A stretch of DNA of 63,341 nucleotides, counting the filler, from Octopus bimaculoides (Eukaryota): the NCBI RefSeq assembly GCF_001194135.2. It is 5 parts of 5 records of this genome, joined end to end, with 100 filler letters (N's around TTAATTAATTAA, not from the genome) between each part and the next. Parts side by side here need not be neighbours in the genome. Positions count along the whole stretch, not along the records: positions 1 to 31,301 come from NC_068997.1; 4 more parts are not named here. One strand, given 5' to 3'. This document shows positions 1-13,685 of the stretch, in pieces. The notes beneath the pieces were generated by a model. It ran no database searches. It worked only from the letters and a program-made list of their open reading frames with translations, and had not been told where the DNA came from. The position numbers and the translations under genes were made by a program. How positions within the stretch are numbered: the first letter of the stretch is position 1; each line of letters starts with the position of its first letter.

Positions 1-47
<47 letters not shown>

Positions 48-669
48 CATATCTGTATGTGTGCATGTGATTGCGTGTTTATGTGTATGCGTGTCTATAT
101 ACGCACGCATGCATTCTATATAAACATATAAATATATGAATGAATGAATGAATGAATGATAGAATGATAGAATGAGAGACAGCAAGATAAACTGTGATTC
201 GCTTAATTATACATTTATAAGCATATGGACATTTATAAGCATGTGTATGTATGCATGCGAATGTGTAGGTGTTATTGTGTATGCATATGTCTGCGCCTGT
301 ATGTCTATGGAAGAGCGTGTGTGTGTGAGTATTTATGCCTGGTATTTGTACATGTGTGATTATTTGTACGTATGTGTGAGTATTTGTACGTGTGTGTGAG
401 TATTTGTACGTACTTGGATGTATGAATGGGCGTATTTCAGAATGTGTATGACCACTATAAACAACGGTAATACCCATTAAGTCTTTAATACATAGCCATG
501 TTGTTTCTCCAAGATTTCTCTTAGTAAACCTAGACTGATTGAACTGTTGATCAGAGGATTGAATTTTACGACCATCCATTTGTGGCAGACATTTTCTATT
601 TTAGGCAAGATGGAGGAGAGACACATTGGAGATTCTACAGAGGCATCACGTTAGCATTATATGAAGCAT

Positions 670-710
<41 letters not shown>

Positions 711-1398
711 NNNNNNNNNNNNNNNNNNNNNNNNNNNNNNNNNNNNNNNNNNNNNNNNNNNNNNNNNNNNNNNNNNNNNNNNNNNNNNNNNNNNNNNNNN
801 NNNNNNNNNNNNNNNNNNNNNNNNNNNNNNNNNNNNNNNNNNNNNNNNNNNNNNNNNNNNNNNNNNNNNNNNNNNNNNNNNNNNNNNNNNNNNNNNNNNN
901 NNNNNNNNNNNNNNNNNNNNNNNNNNNNNNNNNNNNNNNNNNNNNNNNNNNNNNNNNNNNNNNNNNNNNNNNNNNNNNNNNNNNNNNNNNNNNNNNNNNN
1001 NNNNNNNNNNNNNNNNNNNNNNNNNNNNNNNNNNNNNNNNNNNNNNNNNNNNNNNNNNNNNNNNNNNNNNNNNNNNNNNNNNNNNNNNNNNNNNNNNNNN
1101 NNNNNNNNNNNNNNNNNNNNNNNNNNNNNNNNNNNNNNNNNNNNNNNNNNNNNNNNNNNNNNNNNNNNNNNNNNNNNNNNNNNNNNNNNNNNNNNNNNNN
1201 NNNNNNNNNNNNNNNNNNNNNNNNNNNNNNNNNNNNNNNNNNNNNNNNNNNNNNNNATATAATATATATATATATATATGTAGTTAATAATGGAAATAAA
1301 TACGGTTAGGCTTCATATAAACATATTTACATGGAGCACAATAATACAGAATAAAAGTACAGAATAGAATAAGAAAATATCTAATTTACTCCTTCGAA

Positions 1399-1521
1399 AG
1401 CTGTATCAGGAAGCCCGGAGTTACGTAATAATCACAATAAGCATCAATTGCAAACGAAACGAGCAAAACATCATGGCTATTTAAATGATTATTACGTAAA
1501 TCCTGAGTTCCCGAAACAGCT
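1399..1521. mobile_element. Small inverted-repeat element (MITE-like)
   Basis: Arms 1399-1434 and 1486-1521 match at 30 of 36 positions as inverted repeats around a 51-nt spacer. No TSD seen. Confidence 0.45.
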
Positions 1522-2046
1522 GTCGCGTTATGAAATTACACATTTTCTTATTTTTAAATTTTATTTCGCATTTTTGGCTGCTCTTTGTCAATATATTTAT
1601 ATCAAGTCTAACTGTGTTTATCTCTATTTGGATTTCTCCTATTGCCAATCTTGACATGGCGGGCCTTGACTTTATCGAAGGATTCGGAGTTTAAGTTTAA
1701 ATCCTTTTGAGCACTTATATATGTTCTGCATACTCATCTCTTACCAATGTCTGTAATTATATATAGAAATATGCTCATGTATGTTCGTATGTGCTTGTGC
1801 GCTTGAGAAAAACTGGATATATTTTATAAATGTCTTAAAAAATATATTCCATTTTCATCATATGTACAAACACATGCAGACATAAACATATATAGATGCA
1901 CTCGCTCTTCCGTCCAATAACATACACGTCAACGGAATTTGCAGTATATGTTATGAGTTAGCCTCTTTTCACCTTCCTTCTTTTATCGGTATGGTCAATT
2001 ACTTTTGAAAGTACTTTCTTGTGCGCGGTTTAAATACATGTCTATG

Positions 2047-2078
<32 letters not shown>

Positions 2079-2720
2079 NNNNNNNNNNNNNNNNNNNNNN
2101 NNNNNNNNNNNNNNNNNNNNNNNNNNNNNNNNNNNNNNNNNNNNNNNNNNNNNNNNNNNNNNNNNNNNNNNNNNNNNNNNNNNNNNNNNNNNNNNNNNNN
2201 NNNNNNNNNNNNNNNNNNNNNNNNNNNNNNNNNNNNNNNNNNNNNNNNNNNNNNNNNNNNNNNNNNNNNNNNNNNNNNNNNNNNNNNNNNNNNNNNNNNN
2301 NNNNNNNNNNNNNNNNNNNNNNNNNNNNNNNNNNNNNNNNNNNNNNNNNNNNNNNNNNNNNNNNNNNNNNNNNNNNNNNNNNNNNNNNNNNNNNNNNNNN
2401 NNNNNNNNNNNNNNNNNNNNNNNNNNNNNNNNNNNNNNNNNNNNNNNNNNNNNNNNNNNNNNNNNNNNNNNNNNNNNNNNNNNNNNNNNNNNNNNNNNNN
2501 NNNNNNNNNNNNNNNNNNNNNNNNNNNNNNNNNNNNNNNNNNNNNNNNNNNNNNNNNNNNNNNNNNNNNNNNNNNNNNNNNNNNNNNNNNNNNNNNNNNN
2601 NNNNNNNNNNNNNNNNNNNNNNNNNNNNNNNNNNNNNNNNNNNNNNNNNNNNNNNNNNNNNNNNNNNNNNNNNNNNNNNNNNNNNNNNNNNNNNNNNNNN
2701 NNNNNNNNNNNNNNNNNNTA

Positions 2721-2754
<34 letters not shown>

Positions 2755-2784
2755 ACAAAGTAAAATTGCACGGTACCGCACGAG

Positions 2785-2824
<40 letters not shown>

Positions 2825-5800
2825 CACATATATATATGTTGAGAGGGGAGTGATGGGGTGTGTGAGAAACTCAAGATGTTTATATGCAATAACCATTTCC
2901 GTTGTCTTCCAAGATGAATAGAGCTGGGTATGGTGATTGCTGAAGTAGAGTCATATGAGAAGTAGACCTCAATATCGTAGTTTGTGTGTACATATGTATG
3001 TATGTATGCATGTATATGTATATATATGTTTATATATATATATATGTATCTATATATATGTATATATATAGATACATTTATATATATATATATATAGATA
3101 GATATATTTATAGATATATAAATATACACACGCGCACACAAACATACACATACATCTATACATAGGTATACTTATATGTATATTTTGATATATATAATGA
3201 GAGAGAGAGAGAGAAAATGAAAGGTAGAATGAGTGAGTGGGGAATAAATGCCTATATACATGTGCACACGCGACAAAAATCTGTTTTCAAAGAGTTGCCT
3301 TGTGGCGCCATCTACTCTCTTTAAGACGAACCAAAGCAACAACATTAACAACAATGTAGACAACAACTACAGCTAATATATTAAGAAATAAAAGTAAAAG
3401 GGAACAAAATGTAGAGCTAAATAAGCTGGCTAAAGGAAGGTAACTTGTAAGCTTTTAGTTTGTTTATTACAAAGATCTGTGTTTTATGGACCGTTTTGTC
3501 TTTCTGCTTGCAACTAAAGGCAGCTTTATTTAGAGTCTCTTTCAATTAATTTCTAATTAGTTTTTACTATTTCCTGCCTAACTCTTTAATATCAAACCAC
3601 TTTCTGCTCTCAGACTTTATTACGTGGCAATGGAATAATTTACCGTTCTCATATCGCCATAGACTATTTCGTGATATTGATTTCTCTTGCTTTTGCCTGA
3701 AGGCCGCAAATGCTGATGATGAAAATTGGAATGTGTAGGCGATTTATGTCAAATAGAGCATTAAAGGAGTACTGTACTTTGCTTGAAGCATTGCAATGCA
3801 TAAATATTTTAAAAGAAAACTTTTAAGCCATACAGGCGAAAAGTCAGGTGAAATATGTTATGATGACAATAAATAAAAACAAAGTCATTGGATCACTCTA
3901 CATATGTTGCTTAATAGTTCTGTTATATTTCGGGTAAGATTCCCTTTATCAAATACAAGCTATAATGTAATCCAAGAGTTTGGTGATTGCTGATGATACT
4001 TTTCTCCGAACTTTTGGCTTATATTTTTATCCTATATTTGATAATGGGAATCTTACTCGAAATACAATTGAAGCATTAGATAAATTATGTTGAGCCTCAC
4101 AATATCTTGTATTTGTCTTTATTGGCATCACTTTGCATATTTTGCTTAGCTTTTCACCTGCATTGCTTAGAGGCATTCTAATAATAATTTCTACCTGTTT
4201 ATGTTGTATGCTTTGGCGCTCTTCATAATTTTTCCTTTTCTCTTCTCACTTCTACGCTGACGTGTGTCTTTTTTTAATCAATCACAATTAGTGCCCGTTT
4301 ATATACGAATTTTTCTGGACATATTGAGAATCTTCTGATTGTATTTCTACTTCATTCTTACTTAGTATCACTGGGAGACTTTGGCAACTTTGGTCGGGCG
4401 GATTTACGTGTCCATTCTCTCTGAATCATATCTATTCACCAAAATAAAAACATTTTCTCTGTTTCTTCAATCTCATTTATTTTGATATATTTTGGCGCAA
4501 AGTAAAACATTTTTCAATAATTTGCTATATTTTTCAATTACGGAAACATTTCTTAATTATTATTTTAACACGCTTTTTTGGTTTATGCTCTTAATAAAAT
4601 TATTGCTGTCTTATGAATATTTCGTCATGTTCATGTCAGCTTTTTCTTGCTTTTGACATTTGAGGGGTGTGACACGTTCATCTTTCTTACGCGTTTCATT
4701 TTGTTCTCTCCTTGAAATAAACATTGTATCTCAGTTTATTTAATCAAACCCCAAAACACAAAAATTTTGGACTTGAAGTCAAACGTGAAAAATAAAAACA
4801 CAACATAAAACTTAATAATATGAATAAGTATATATAATATTTTGTCGAGACGTACACATGACTTTTGTTATATACTACAAGCTAAAGTAAATTGATAGTC
4901 TGAAAATTAGAAAGACGAACATAAAATAAAAATACATAATTGTGTTAACTTTAACTGAAATAGTTTCTCTGTGTTCAAACTCGTACAACACTATTTTACA
5001 ATTATAATACTGACAAAAATATAACAAAAATATTTTGATTCAGAGGTCGCGACAGAGAGATAACATACATTTTCTTTTATAAATATAGATAACAATTCAC
5101 ACGATTATATCTTTAGAAAAGTATTTAAGTGCTCCAAGGAGCATAATGTAATTTTGATAACATCAGTTTTTAGAAAATTTGGTTAAAAATATCTTGAATA
5201 GGAATTGCCAAGTAACAGCAAATCTCATTATTCCTCAGAAAAAATAAGTTGGAAATAATAAGAATTATCTCAACGTTTCTATTTTCATGAGTGGTGATAT
5301 CGTCCACAGACGTCTGACTCTGAAGAACGCGGATAGAGATGGCGAAGTTAGAAAAACATGACACCAATAATACATTCTTCAAGCAAACTGCTGTCGTAGC
5401 GTTGCGATGCAAAACACCGATGCAAAGTGCAGAGGAACAAACTCGATATTGCCCACATTTGCTCAAGTCTCCTTGCATTCTAGATTCCTTGAGCTGTCAG
5501 TGGAATGACGGACACAATGATTTGAGAGAATTTAATCATGCGTCTTTCTGTAATGGTATCGAATCATGCGGAGGCTGACTTTAACTTTAGTCTTTCCTCA
5601 CGTGTTGAGAGAAAGATAGATAGATAGAGAAAGAGAGAGACAAAGAAAGAGAGAGGAAGTGGTGTGTTGTGTGTGTGTGTGCCTGTATGTATACTTATGT
5701 ACATGCACGTATATCTGTATGTATATATAGGTTAGTCGTTAGTGCGGTCACAGTCAAATAGCGCATGCGTTGTATGGGACACTCAAAATAGAACATTAAG

Positions 5801-6044
5801 GAAAAATTCAACTGAAATTTATTGTAGTGTGGCTCGCCTGAAGATGAACAATGTCGCATGCGGCTTGGTTCAAGAAAAAGTTTGCTTTATGTATATATTT
5901 GCATGTTTATCTATGTATTCCTGTATATTTGTTGTTTGTGAATCTAAATATAATTAACTTGTTGGTCTACTGTTGACGTTTATGTCACTAATATATGCAT
6001 TTACAATCGAGGATTCCATTAATAATCTAGGATTCTGTGCTACA

Positions 6045-6080
<36 letters not shown>

Positions 6081-6504
6081 NNNNNNNNNNNNNNNNNNNN
6101 NNNNNNNNNNNNNNNNNNNNNNNNNNNNNNNNNGTATATTCACGTGTATAGGTATGTATATATTAATGTAAATACGTGTTTGTGTGGGTGTGTATGTGTG
6201 TATGCGCGCGTTCGTACGTGTGTGGTGTGTGTATGTGGCATCTATAGAGTCACAGCATGTAATATCAGGACCACCCATCTCACACTCTAAATAGGTCACC
6301 GTTCCAATAGAGTGCAGTAGTGACAGAATATAGCCAAATATGATACTAATTTCTTTTACTTAATAAACTTCATCTCAAAACACAAAATATTATAAGTATC
6401 CCGGGGATGTAGACACGGGCGGTAGTTTCTATCAATTTGCGAACAAGAGTCTTATACACAGATTATATATATGCGTGTGTGTATACATACACATACATAC
6501 ATAC

Positions 6505-6551
<47 letters not shown>

Positions 6552-6615
6552 CGTACATATATGTACATACATGTACATACATATGTATGTGCATATATGT
6601 TTAGACACACACAAG

Positions 6616-6646
<31 letters not shown>

Positions 6647-9175
6647 GTATGTATATATATGCGTGTGTGTACATATATGAAAATGTACAGCTTCTGATGG
6701 GTAAATTGACATCATTTTATATTTTTCATTTCACGCATGCGCATTGTTTGTTTTTGATTTTTCGTCAAATGGGCGCCGTCTGTGAGAAAAACAGCACCAT
6801 GACGCAACTCATTCTGCCAGAATGACGGCTTTATTATATAAATTCAGTCTTTAGTATGTCAAGATATTTTTATGTAATTTTGGTAAATATATCTGTTAAA
6901 ATGAGATGTCAGTGTTATTTTCATGTTCGTGTAATTTAGAAGACAATATATTCACCGCACCCAGAATATATACATACATATATAGATGCACATATATACT
7001 ACATGCTATACCTGATACATATACAACAATTTCTGGCGGTCTGTCTGTTACCATCTTAGTGCCTAAGCCAACATGCCAATATTCACGAAAATTTGCATAC
7101 AAGTTACACTAACATAAAGTTCGATAATAAGCTAATTGAATTTCAATAAAATTCTATATAGGCGTTAGGTGAATTATATGGTAAAATGAGAAGGTTGCAA
7201 AAACATATTAGTCTGAGGGAAAGCTAGAAGCAGAGAGAGGGTGACTTATATCAGTGAAGGCGAGAACAGCGGTGGCAATGAGGTGTAACGTTAATACAGC
7301 TGTCATATATACGCGACACTGCGTACATACTTTCGTAAATACGTTGATACAGCACACACACATACATACACACACACTCATGCACAAACACAGACGCAAA
7401 CACAGACAAACACAAACACACAAAGAAAGATGGGTGTAAGGAGTACGTAGTTTTGAGGAGAGAGGGAGTAGGTGGCTTTTCTGCTGTCCATCGCAAAGAA
7501 AACACATACACAGACACACACATGCATATATATATACATACATACATACGTATTCTACTATACACCATTTTAAACTCTTGATTACCTGCGTGTACGTTTG
7601 TAAATGTGTGTGTATGTCTGTGTGTGACGTCCTATAACTGTCTGTCGCTCTACTTTTGTACGATCTTCCCTGTTGCTGTCACATATGGTGAGATTTTAGA
7701 ATTACGTCAACATTTTCAAATTTGGTATATTGAAATAATTTTCAACGTTAAATCCGATTTTGTTATTTATTTGTGACAGAAAAATTGCAGAAAAATCTTA
7801 CTGAGGTTTACAATTTAATCAATTTCACCTAATCAGAAAGCAGGATTTGGAAGCTGGTATTTTCTACATGACAGCTATCTATTGCGAAATAAAGGCAAAA
7901 TCATTAGGAGGAGGAATTTTATTAAACAAACAAAAGCAAAGTATTACGATGACCAAGGTAGTAAGAACTTCTGAAGTTTTAATGAATAAAGTCATGTGAA
8001 ACAGACGGACAGACATATAAATAAATTATAAATTTTGGCGAAAAATTGCCCAAATCTGTCCTAATCAAGATGCCTGTCTGTCGGGGAAGGCATGTTCTGA
8101 CATGGAATTTATAAACATTTATTTAAGACATTCTATTGTAAAAATTGCATGGCAATTACGGGCTATTCAGCTAGTATATATAAATGTGTGTGTGTGTGTG
8201 TGTATGTGTGTGTGTGTATGTGTGTGTGTGTATGTCTGTCTTTGTGGGTGCGTGCATGTGTCTGTGTGCGTGCATGTGTCTGTGTGGGTGCGTGCATGTG
8301 TCTGTGTGCGTTGATGACGTAGGCTGATTGTCGCCAGTTACAACTGCGCGAAGAGAGACAAGTACAACTACATTACCCCATTACTCGCAATTGTTTTCCA
8401 TTTACCATTCCTTCCTTCCTTCCNNNNNNNNNNNNNNNNNNNNNNNNNNNNNNNNNNNNNNNNNNNNNNNNNNNNNNNNNNNNNNNNNNNNNNNNNNNNN
8501 NNNNNNNNNNNNNNNNNNNNNNNNNNNNNNNNNNNNNNNNNNNNNNNNNNNNNNNNNNNNNNNNNNNNNNNNNNNNNNNNNNNNNNNNNNNNNNNNNNNN
8601 NNNNNNNNNNNNNNNNNNNNNNNNNNNNNNNNNNNNNNNNNNNNNNCCTTCCTTCCTTCCTTCCTTCCTGTCTTCCTCCTTCATAACTGCTACGTATATC
8701 TGGATTAAAAGTTTGTCAAGTTACAGAGCTTCTTGGCAAATGCTAGACAAGACACCCGTGCTATTCAGCTGTAAGTTACAGACTATGTGGTATGTACATA
8801 GATATATACACTTCCAAGTAGCGACACCGTTCTTCAGCGTTATCACGGCGCCTTTTACTTGCATAATCTAAAACCACTTATACTCTGTGCACTACCTGAA
8901 CCAAAGATTCACTCCAACTGAGCGCAGATGAAAGAATGGGGTCGCTTCGGCAGAATGAATAGTTTGGTTTATTAATGCAATTATACAAATAGGCGTCAAC
9001 GTTGTTCTGTAGCTAATAGGTACGTTTTGTTGTCTCCTGATTTGGGGTTCGATTTCTCAGCAGGGCATCATTTTGTGTACGTGAAGTGCCTTTTCATGCG
9101 GAGTGAGCAAAATTAGGTAAACCATAAGTGTGATAGGCCGCCGTGTAAGCGTGCACACCCACGGACACACACATA

Positions 9176-9223
<48 letters not shown>

Positions 9224-10039
9224 NNNNNNNNNNNNNNNNNNNNNNNNNNNNNNNNNNNNNNNNNNNNNNNNNNNNNNNNNNNNNNNNNNNNNNNNNNNNN
9301 NNNNNNNNNNNNNNNNNNNNNNNNNNNNNNNNNNNNNNNNNNNNNNNNNNNNNNNNNNNNNNNNNNNNNNNNNNNNNNNNNNNNNNNNNNNNNNNNNNNN
9401 NNNNNNNNNNNNNNNNNNNNNNNNNNNNNNNNNNNNNNNNNNNNNNNNNNNNNNNNNNNNNNNNNNNNNNNNNNNNNNNNNNNNNNNNNNNNNNNNNNNN
9501 NNNNNNNNNNNNNNNNNNNNNNNNNNNNNNNNNNNNNNNNNNNNNNNNNNNNNNNNNNNNNNNNNNNNNNNNNNNNNNNNNNNNNNNNNNNNNNNNNNNN
9601 NNNNNNNNNNNNNNNNNNNNNNNNNNNNNNNNNNNNNNNNNNNNNNNNNNNNNNNNNNNNNNNNNNNNNNNNNNNNNNNNNNNNNNNNNNNNNNNNNNNN
9701 NNNNNNNNNNNNNNNNNNNNNNNNNNNNNNNNNNNNNNNNNNNNNNNNNNNNNNNNNNNNNNNNNNNNNNNNNNNNNNNNNNNNNNNNNNNNNNNNNNNN
9801 NNNNNNNNNNNNNNNNNNNNNNNNNNNNNNNNNNNNNNNNNNNNNNNNNNNNNNNNNNNNNNNNNNNNNNNNNNNNNNNNNNNNNNNNNNNNNNNNNNNN
9901 NNNNNNNNNNNNNNNNNNNNNNNNNNNNNNNNNNNNNNNNNNNNNNNNNNNNNNNNNNNNNNNNNNNNNNNNNNNNNNNNNNNNNNNNNNNNTTTTTTTT
10001 TTTTTTGCTATCTTATTTTTTTAATCAAAGTTAGTCTTT

Positions 10040-10450
10040 GTACTCTCAAACTCAGACCATCAGATAAAATGCCTTGCAGTATTCCTTCCGGCTCTTTACA
10101 TTTTAAGTTCCATTCGTGCCGAAGACAAATTTGCTTTCATCCTTTCGGGGTCAATAAAGCAAATGCAACTCAGATACTGGGTCAATGGTATCAACTATTC
10201 CCCAACCTCTACAACTTATAGCTTTGTATCGAAATTTCAAAACAAGAAGCAGGGAGCAGGCAGAATCATTGGATTGTCTGAAAAGAATGCTTAGAGACAT
10301 TTCTTCAGGCTCCTTACGTTCCATGTTCCAATGCCACCAAGTCGATTTTATCCTTTCGGTATTAATAAAATAAGTACCAGTCAAATACTAGGGCCGTTTT
10401 AATTGGCATTTCTGTCCCCGTAACATTGATGGCCTTGTTCCAAAATTTGA
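10040..10450 (+). mobile_element. Two old, degenerate SINE family A copies
   Basis: Eroded versions of ...ctttcatcctttcggggtc(g/a)ataaa..aagtaccag... with ccaaaatttgaaa-type 3' ends. Confidence 0.6.
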
Positions 10451-10454
10451 GGTT

Positions 10455-10618
10455 GCGGCATTTCGTCCGTCTTTATGTTCTCAGTTTAAATTTCGCCAAG
10501 GACGACTTTACCTTTCATCCTTTCGAAATCGATAAAATATGCACCAGTTACGCACTGGGGTCGATGTAATCGACTAGCTCGCCTCCCCTAAAATTCCAGG
10601 CCCTGGGCCTTTAGTAGA

Positions 10619-10696
<78 letters not shown>
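10455..10696 (+). mobile_element. 5'-truncated SINE family A with long (ATT)n tail
   Basis: gactttacctttcatcctttcg...ggggtcgatgtaatcgact...gtagaaa, then (ATT)n at 10622-10696. Confidence 0.8.
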
Positions 10697-11446
10697 CATC
10701 ATTTTTATATCCCCTGTCTTCTAATGCCGATTCAGGAATCTAGTATAATAAGACAGTCGGTTTGTTATATCAAATATCATCTGTCTACAGACTAATTATA
10801 TATNNNNNNNNNNNNNNNNNNNNNNNNNNNNNNNNNNNNNNNNNNNNNNNNNNNNNNNNNNNNNNNNNNNNNNNNNNNNNNNNNNNNNNNNNNNNNNNNN
10901 NNNNNNNNNNNNNNNNNNNNNNNNNNNNNNNNNNNNNNNNNNNNNNNNNNNNNNNNNNNNNNNNNNNNNNNNNNNNNNNNNNNNNNNNNNNNNNNNNNNN
11001 NNNNNNNNNNNNAAAAAAAAAAAAAAAAAAAACACACACACAAGCAATGACAAATTCAACGACAGAGCAGTAACTTAACAACAGCAAGCTTTTAAAAAAT
11101 AAACACGCGCAAAAAGAAAAGGAAAAAAGGAAAAAACCCCAGATGCAGTAAGGAAGTCGTCAATGAACATCAAACGAGGTTTCGGTAATCTCGTCGTACC
11201 GTTTGATCTCAGTCTTCTTTACAAATATATTATTTGGGTTTTATTTCTCTGACCTGCATCACCTTAGTAGTTTTCTTCGTTTTCCTTTCCTTTTTTTCAT
11301 TCCTTCTTTCTTGTTACCTTCTTCATCTTTCTTTTTCATTTTCGTTTATGTATTTATTTTGTCACGCCTTCCTGTTTTAGCATTTTAAATGTCTTTAAAT
11401 TTTGTTACCTTACGTCTTTTGCGGTTATTATTAGTGTTATTGATAA

Positions 11447-11666
11447 GGCGGTGAGCTACCAGAATCGTTAGCACTCTGGGCAAAATGCTTAGCGGCATTT
11501 TATCCATTTTAAGGCCCTGAGTTCAGATTCCGCCAGGGTTGACTTTGCCTTTCATCCTCTCGGGGATGAAAAGTCGATAAAATAAGTACCAGTTACATAC
11601 TGAGGTCGATATAATCGACTACACAACCCACCCAAATTTCAGGCCTTGTGCGTTAAGTAGAAAGGG
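11447..11666 (+). mobile_element. Full-length SINE family A with 19-bp target-site duplication
   Basis: tRNA-like head ggcggtgagctaccagaatcgttagca...gagttcagattcc and the family body. Flanked by ttattag(t/a)gttattgataa at 11428-11446 and 11667-11685. Confidence 0.85.
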
Positions 11667-11685
11667 TTATTAGAGTTATTGATAA

Positions 11686-12352
11686 AGGTGGCGAGTTAGC
11701 GGTGTCTACTTTTCTTCAGGCTATTTGCGTTCTCGGTTCAAATCCCGCTGAGTTCAGCCTTGCCTTTCCCTCTTTCTGAATGATAGAAAAAAAAAATCAG
11801 TCAAGTACTGGAGGCTATGTAATCGACAAACCTTCCCCTCAAAAGCTGCCGATTCTGTGCCAAAATTTGAAACCATTATGTAAAGCAGTGAGCAGCCAGA
11901 ATCGCTGCCCTACCAGACCGGACAAAAACGATTAGCGGCATTTCTTCCGACTTTACGTTCACAGTTCAAATGCTATCTGGGAGGAATTTTTGCCTTTCAT
12001 CCTTTTGGGGTCGACAAAATAAGTACCAGTCGGGCACGGCAGAGAGGGTCTGGATATAAACCTCTAACCCACTTCCCTGAAATCGCTGGCTTTGCGCCAC
12101 AATTTGAAACCATTGTTACTGTGAGAGATAAGATGGCGTATGACGGCGAGTTGGGAGAACTGTTAGCACGCCGTGCGAAATGCTTGGCGGTATTTCATCT
12201 GTCTTTATGTTCTGATTTCAAAATCTGCCGAGGTCGACTTTGCTTTTCATCCTTTCGGGGTCGATAAATTAAGTACTAGTTGCGTAGTGGGGTCGATCTC
12301 ATCGACTGGTCCCATCTCCCAAAATTTTGGGCCTTGAGCCTAGAGCAGAAAA
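11686..12352 (+). mobile_element. Three further head-to-tail SINE family A copies (about 11686-11875, 11882-12115, 12143-12352)
   Basis: Each repeats the head, the gcctttcatcc-ggggtcga-aagtac core and a 3' end. All share one orientation. Confidence 0.8.
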
Positions 12353-12497
12353 GAGATAAACGGCGTACTAGCATGTCACAAAATGTGCTTAACGATATTT
12401 CCTCCAACTCTTTACATTGTGAGTTCCAAAGTCATTCTGAATTTAAATATCACTCAAGTCGACATGATCTTTCACCATAAGTACTAGTGGAAGACTG

Positions 12498-12818
12498 TGT
12501 TGTTGTTGTTGTTTGTTTCTTCACGAGCCATGCCTGGCTCATAAGGGCCGATTTGCCCGGTTTCATTGGCGTATAGGTTCCTCACCTGGACAGGATGCCT
12601 GTCCGTCGCAGGTGAGCTGCTAGACGCAGGAAGAAAGAGTAAAAGAAAGATGTGGCGAAAGAGTCAGCAGAAGTTCGCCATTACCTTCTGCCGGAGCCGC
12701 GTGGAGCTTTTAAGTGTTTCGCTCATAAACACACACACACATCACCCGGTCTGAGATTCGAACCCGCGACCCCTCGACCGCGAGTCCGTTTCTCTAACCA
12801 CTTGGCCATGTGCCTCCA
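12498..12818 (-). mobile_element. SINE with family C tRNA-like head, an alternative 3' module and (AAC)n tail
   Basis: Minus-strand head ggaggcacatggccaagtggttagag...ggttcgaatctc (A/B-box-like). 3' module contains cctgcgacggacaggcatcctgtccagg. Confidence 0.75.
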
Positions 12819-13084
12819 TAGTGAAACACTGTGATCAATGTAATCGATAATCGACTTACCTCTCCCCATGAAAATTACTGAACTAGTGCTAAAATTAGAA
12901 AGGGTTATTAATGTTATTGATGTGTATATGCAGCGGTGTTATTGATGTGTTTACGCAGCGGTGGATAATTGCAATCGTTAAGCAGACTGTTGGATAAAAA
13001 TCTATTGTGGTATTTAATTTAGATTTTTATGCTGCAAGTTAAGACGGAATTGATGACGATTTTGCATCCAGAGTAGAAATGTTG

Positions 13085-13290
13085 GTTTCAAATTTTTTGG
13101 CAAAACACCAGCAATTTCAAGGAAGGGGTTAAGTCGATTACATCAACTCAAATACGCAACTGCTTCTTATTTTATAAAGCCCTGAGAGGATGAAATGTAA
13201 AATTGACTTCGATGGTATTTGAACTCAGAACGTGAAGATGGACGAAATCCCACTTACCATTTTTCCCGCCTTGCTAACGATTCTGCGAAC
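13085..13290 (-). mobile_element. Degenerate SINE family A
   Basis: Reverse complement of the family A head and core. Confidence 0.7.
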
Positions 13291-13349
13291 TCACTGGAGA
13301 ACAAATATTACCGGTCTAGTACTGGTGCCAACTTCATTGACTATTCCTA

Positions 13350-13685
13350 TCTCTCCATATTTGCAGACTTGTATCTGTTGGCACTCCGTCGCTTACGACG
13401 TCGAGGGTTCCAGTTGATCCGATCAACGGAACAGCCTGCTCGTGAAATTAACGTGCAACTGGTTGAGCACTCCACAGACACGTGTACCCTCAGCGTAGTT
13501 CTCGGGGATATTCAGCGTGACACAGTGTGACAAAGTTGACCCTTTGAAATACAGGCACAACAGAAACAGGAAGTAAGAGTGAGAGAAAGTTGTGGTGGAA
13601 GAGTACAGCAGGGTTCGCCACGATCCCCTGCCGGAGCCTCGAGGAGCTTTAGGTGTTTTCGCTCAATAAACACTCACAATGCCCG
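13350..13685 (-). mobile_element. SINE family C body and 3' tail (head lost in gap)
   Basis: Collinear with the copy at 32632-32970 (gcacgttaatttcacgagcaggctgttccgttgat, cactgtgtcacgctgaat). Confidence 0.8.
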
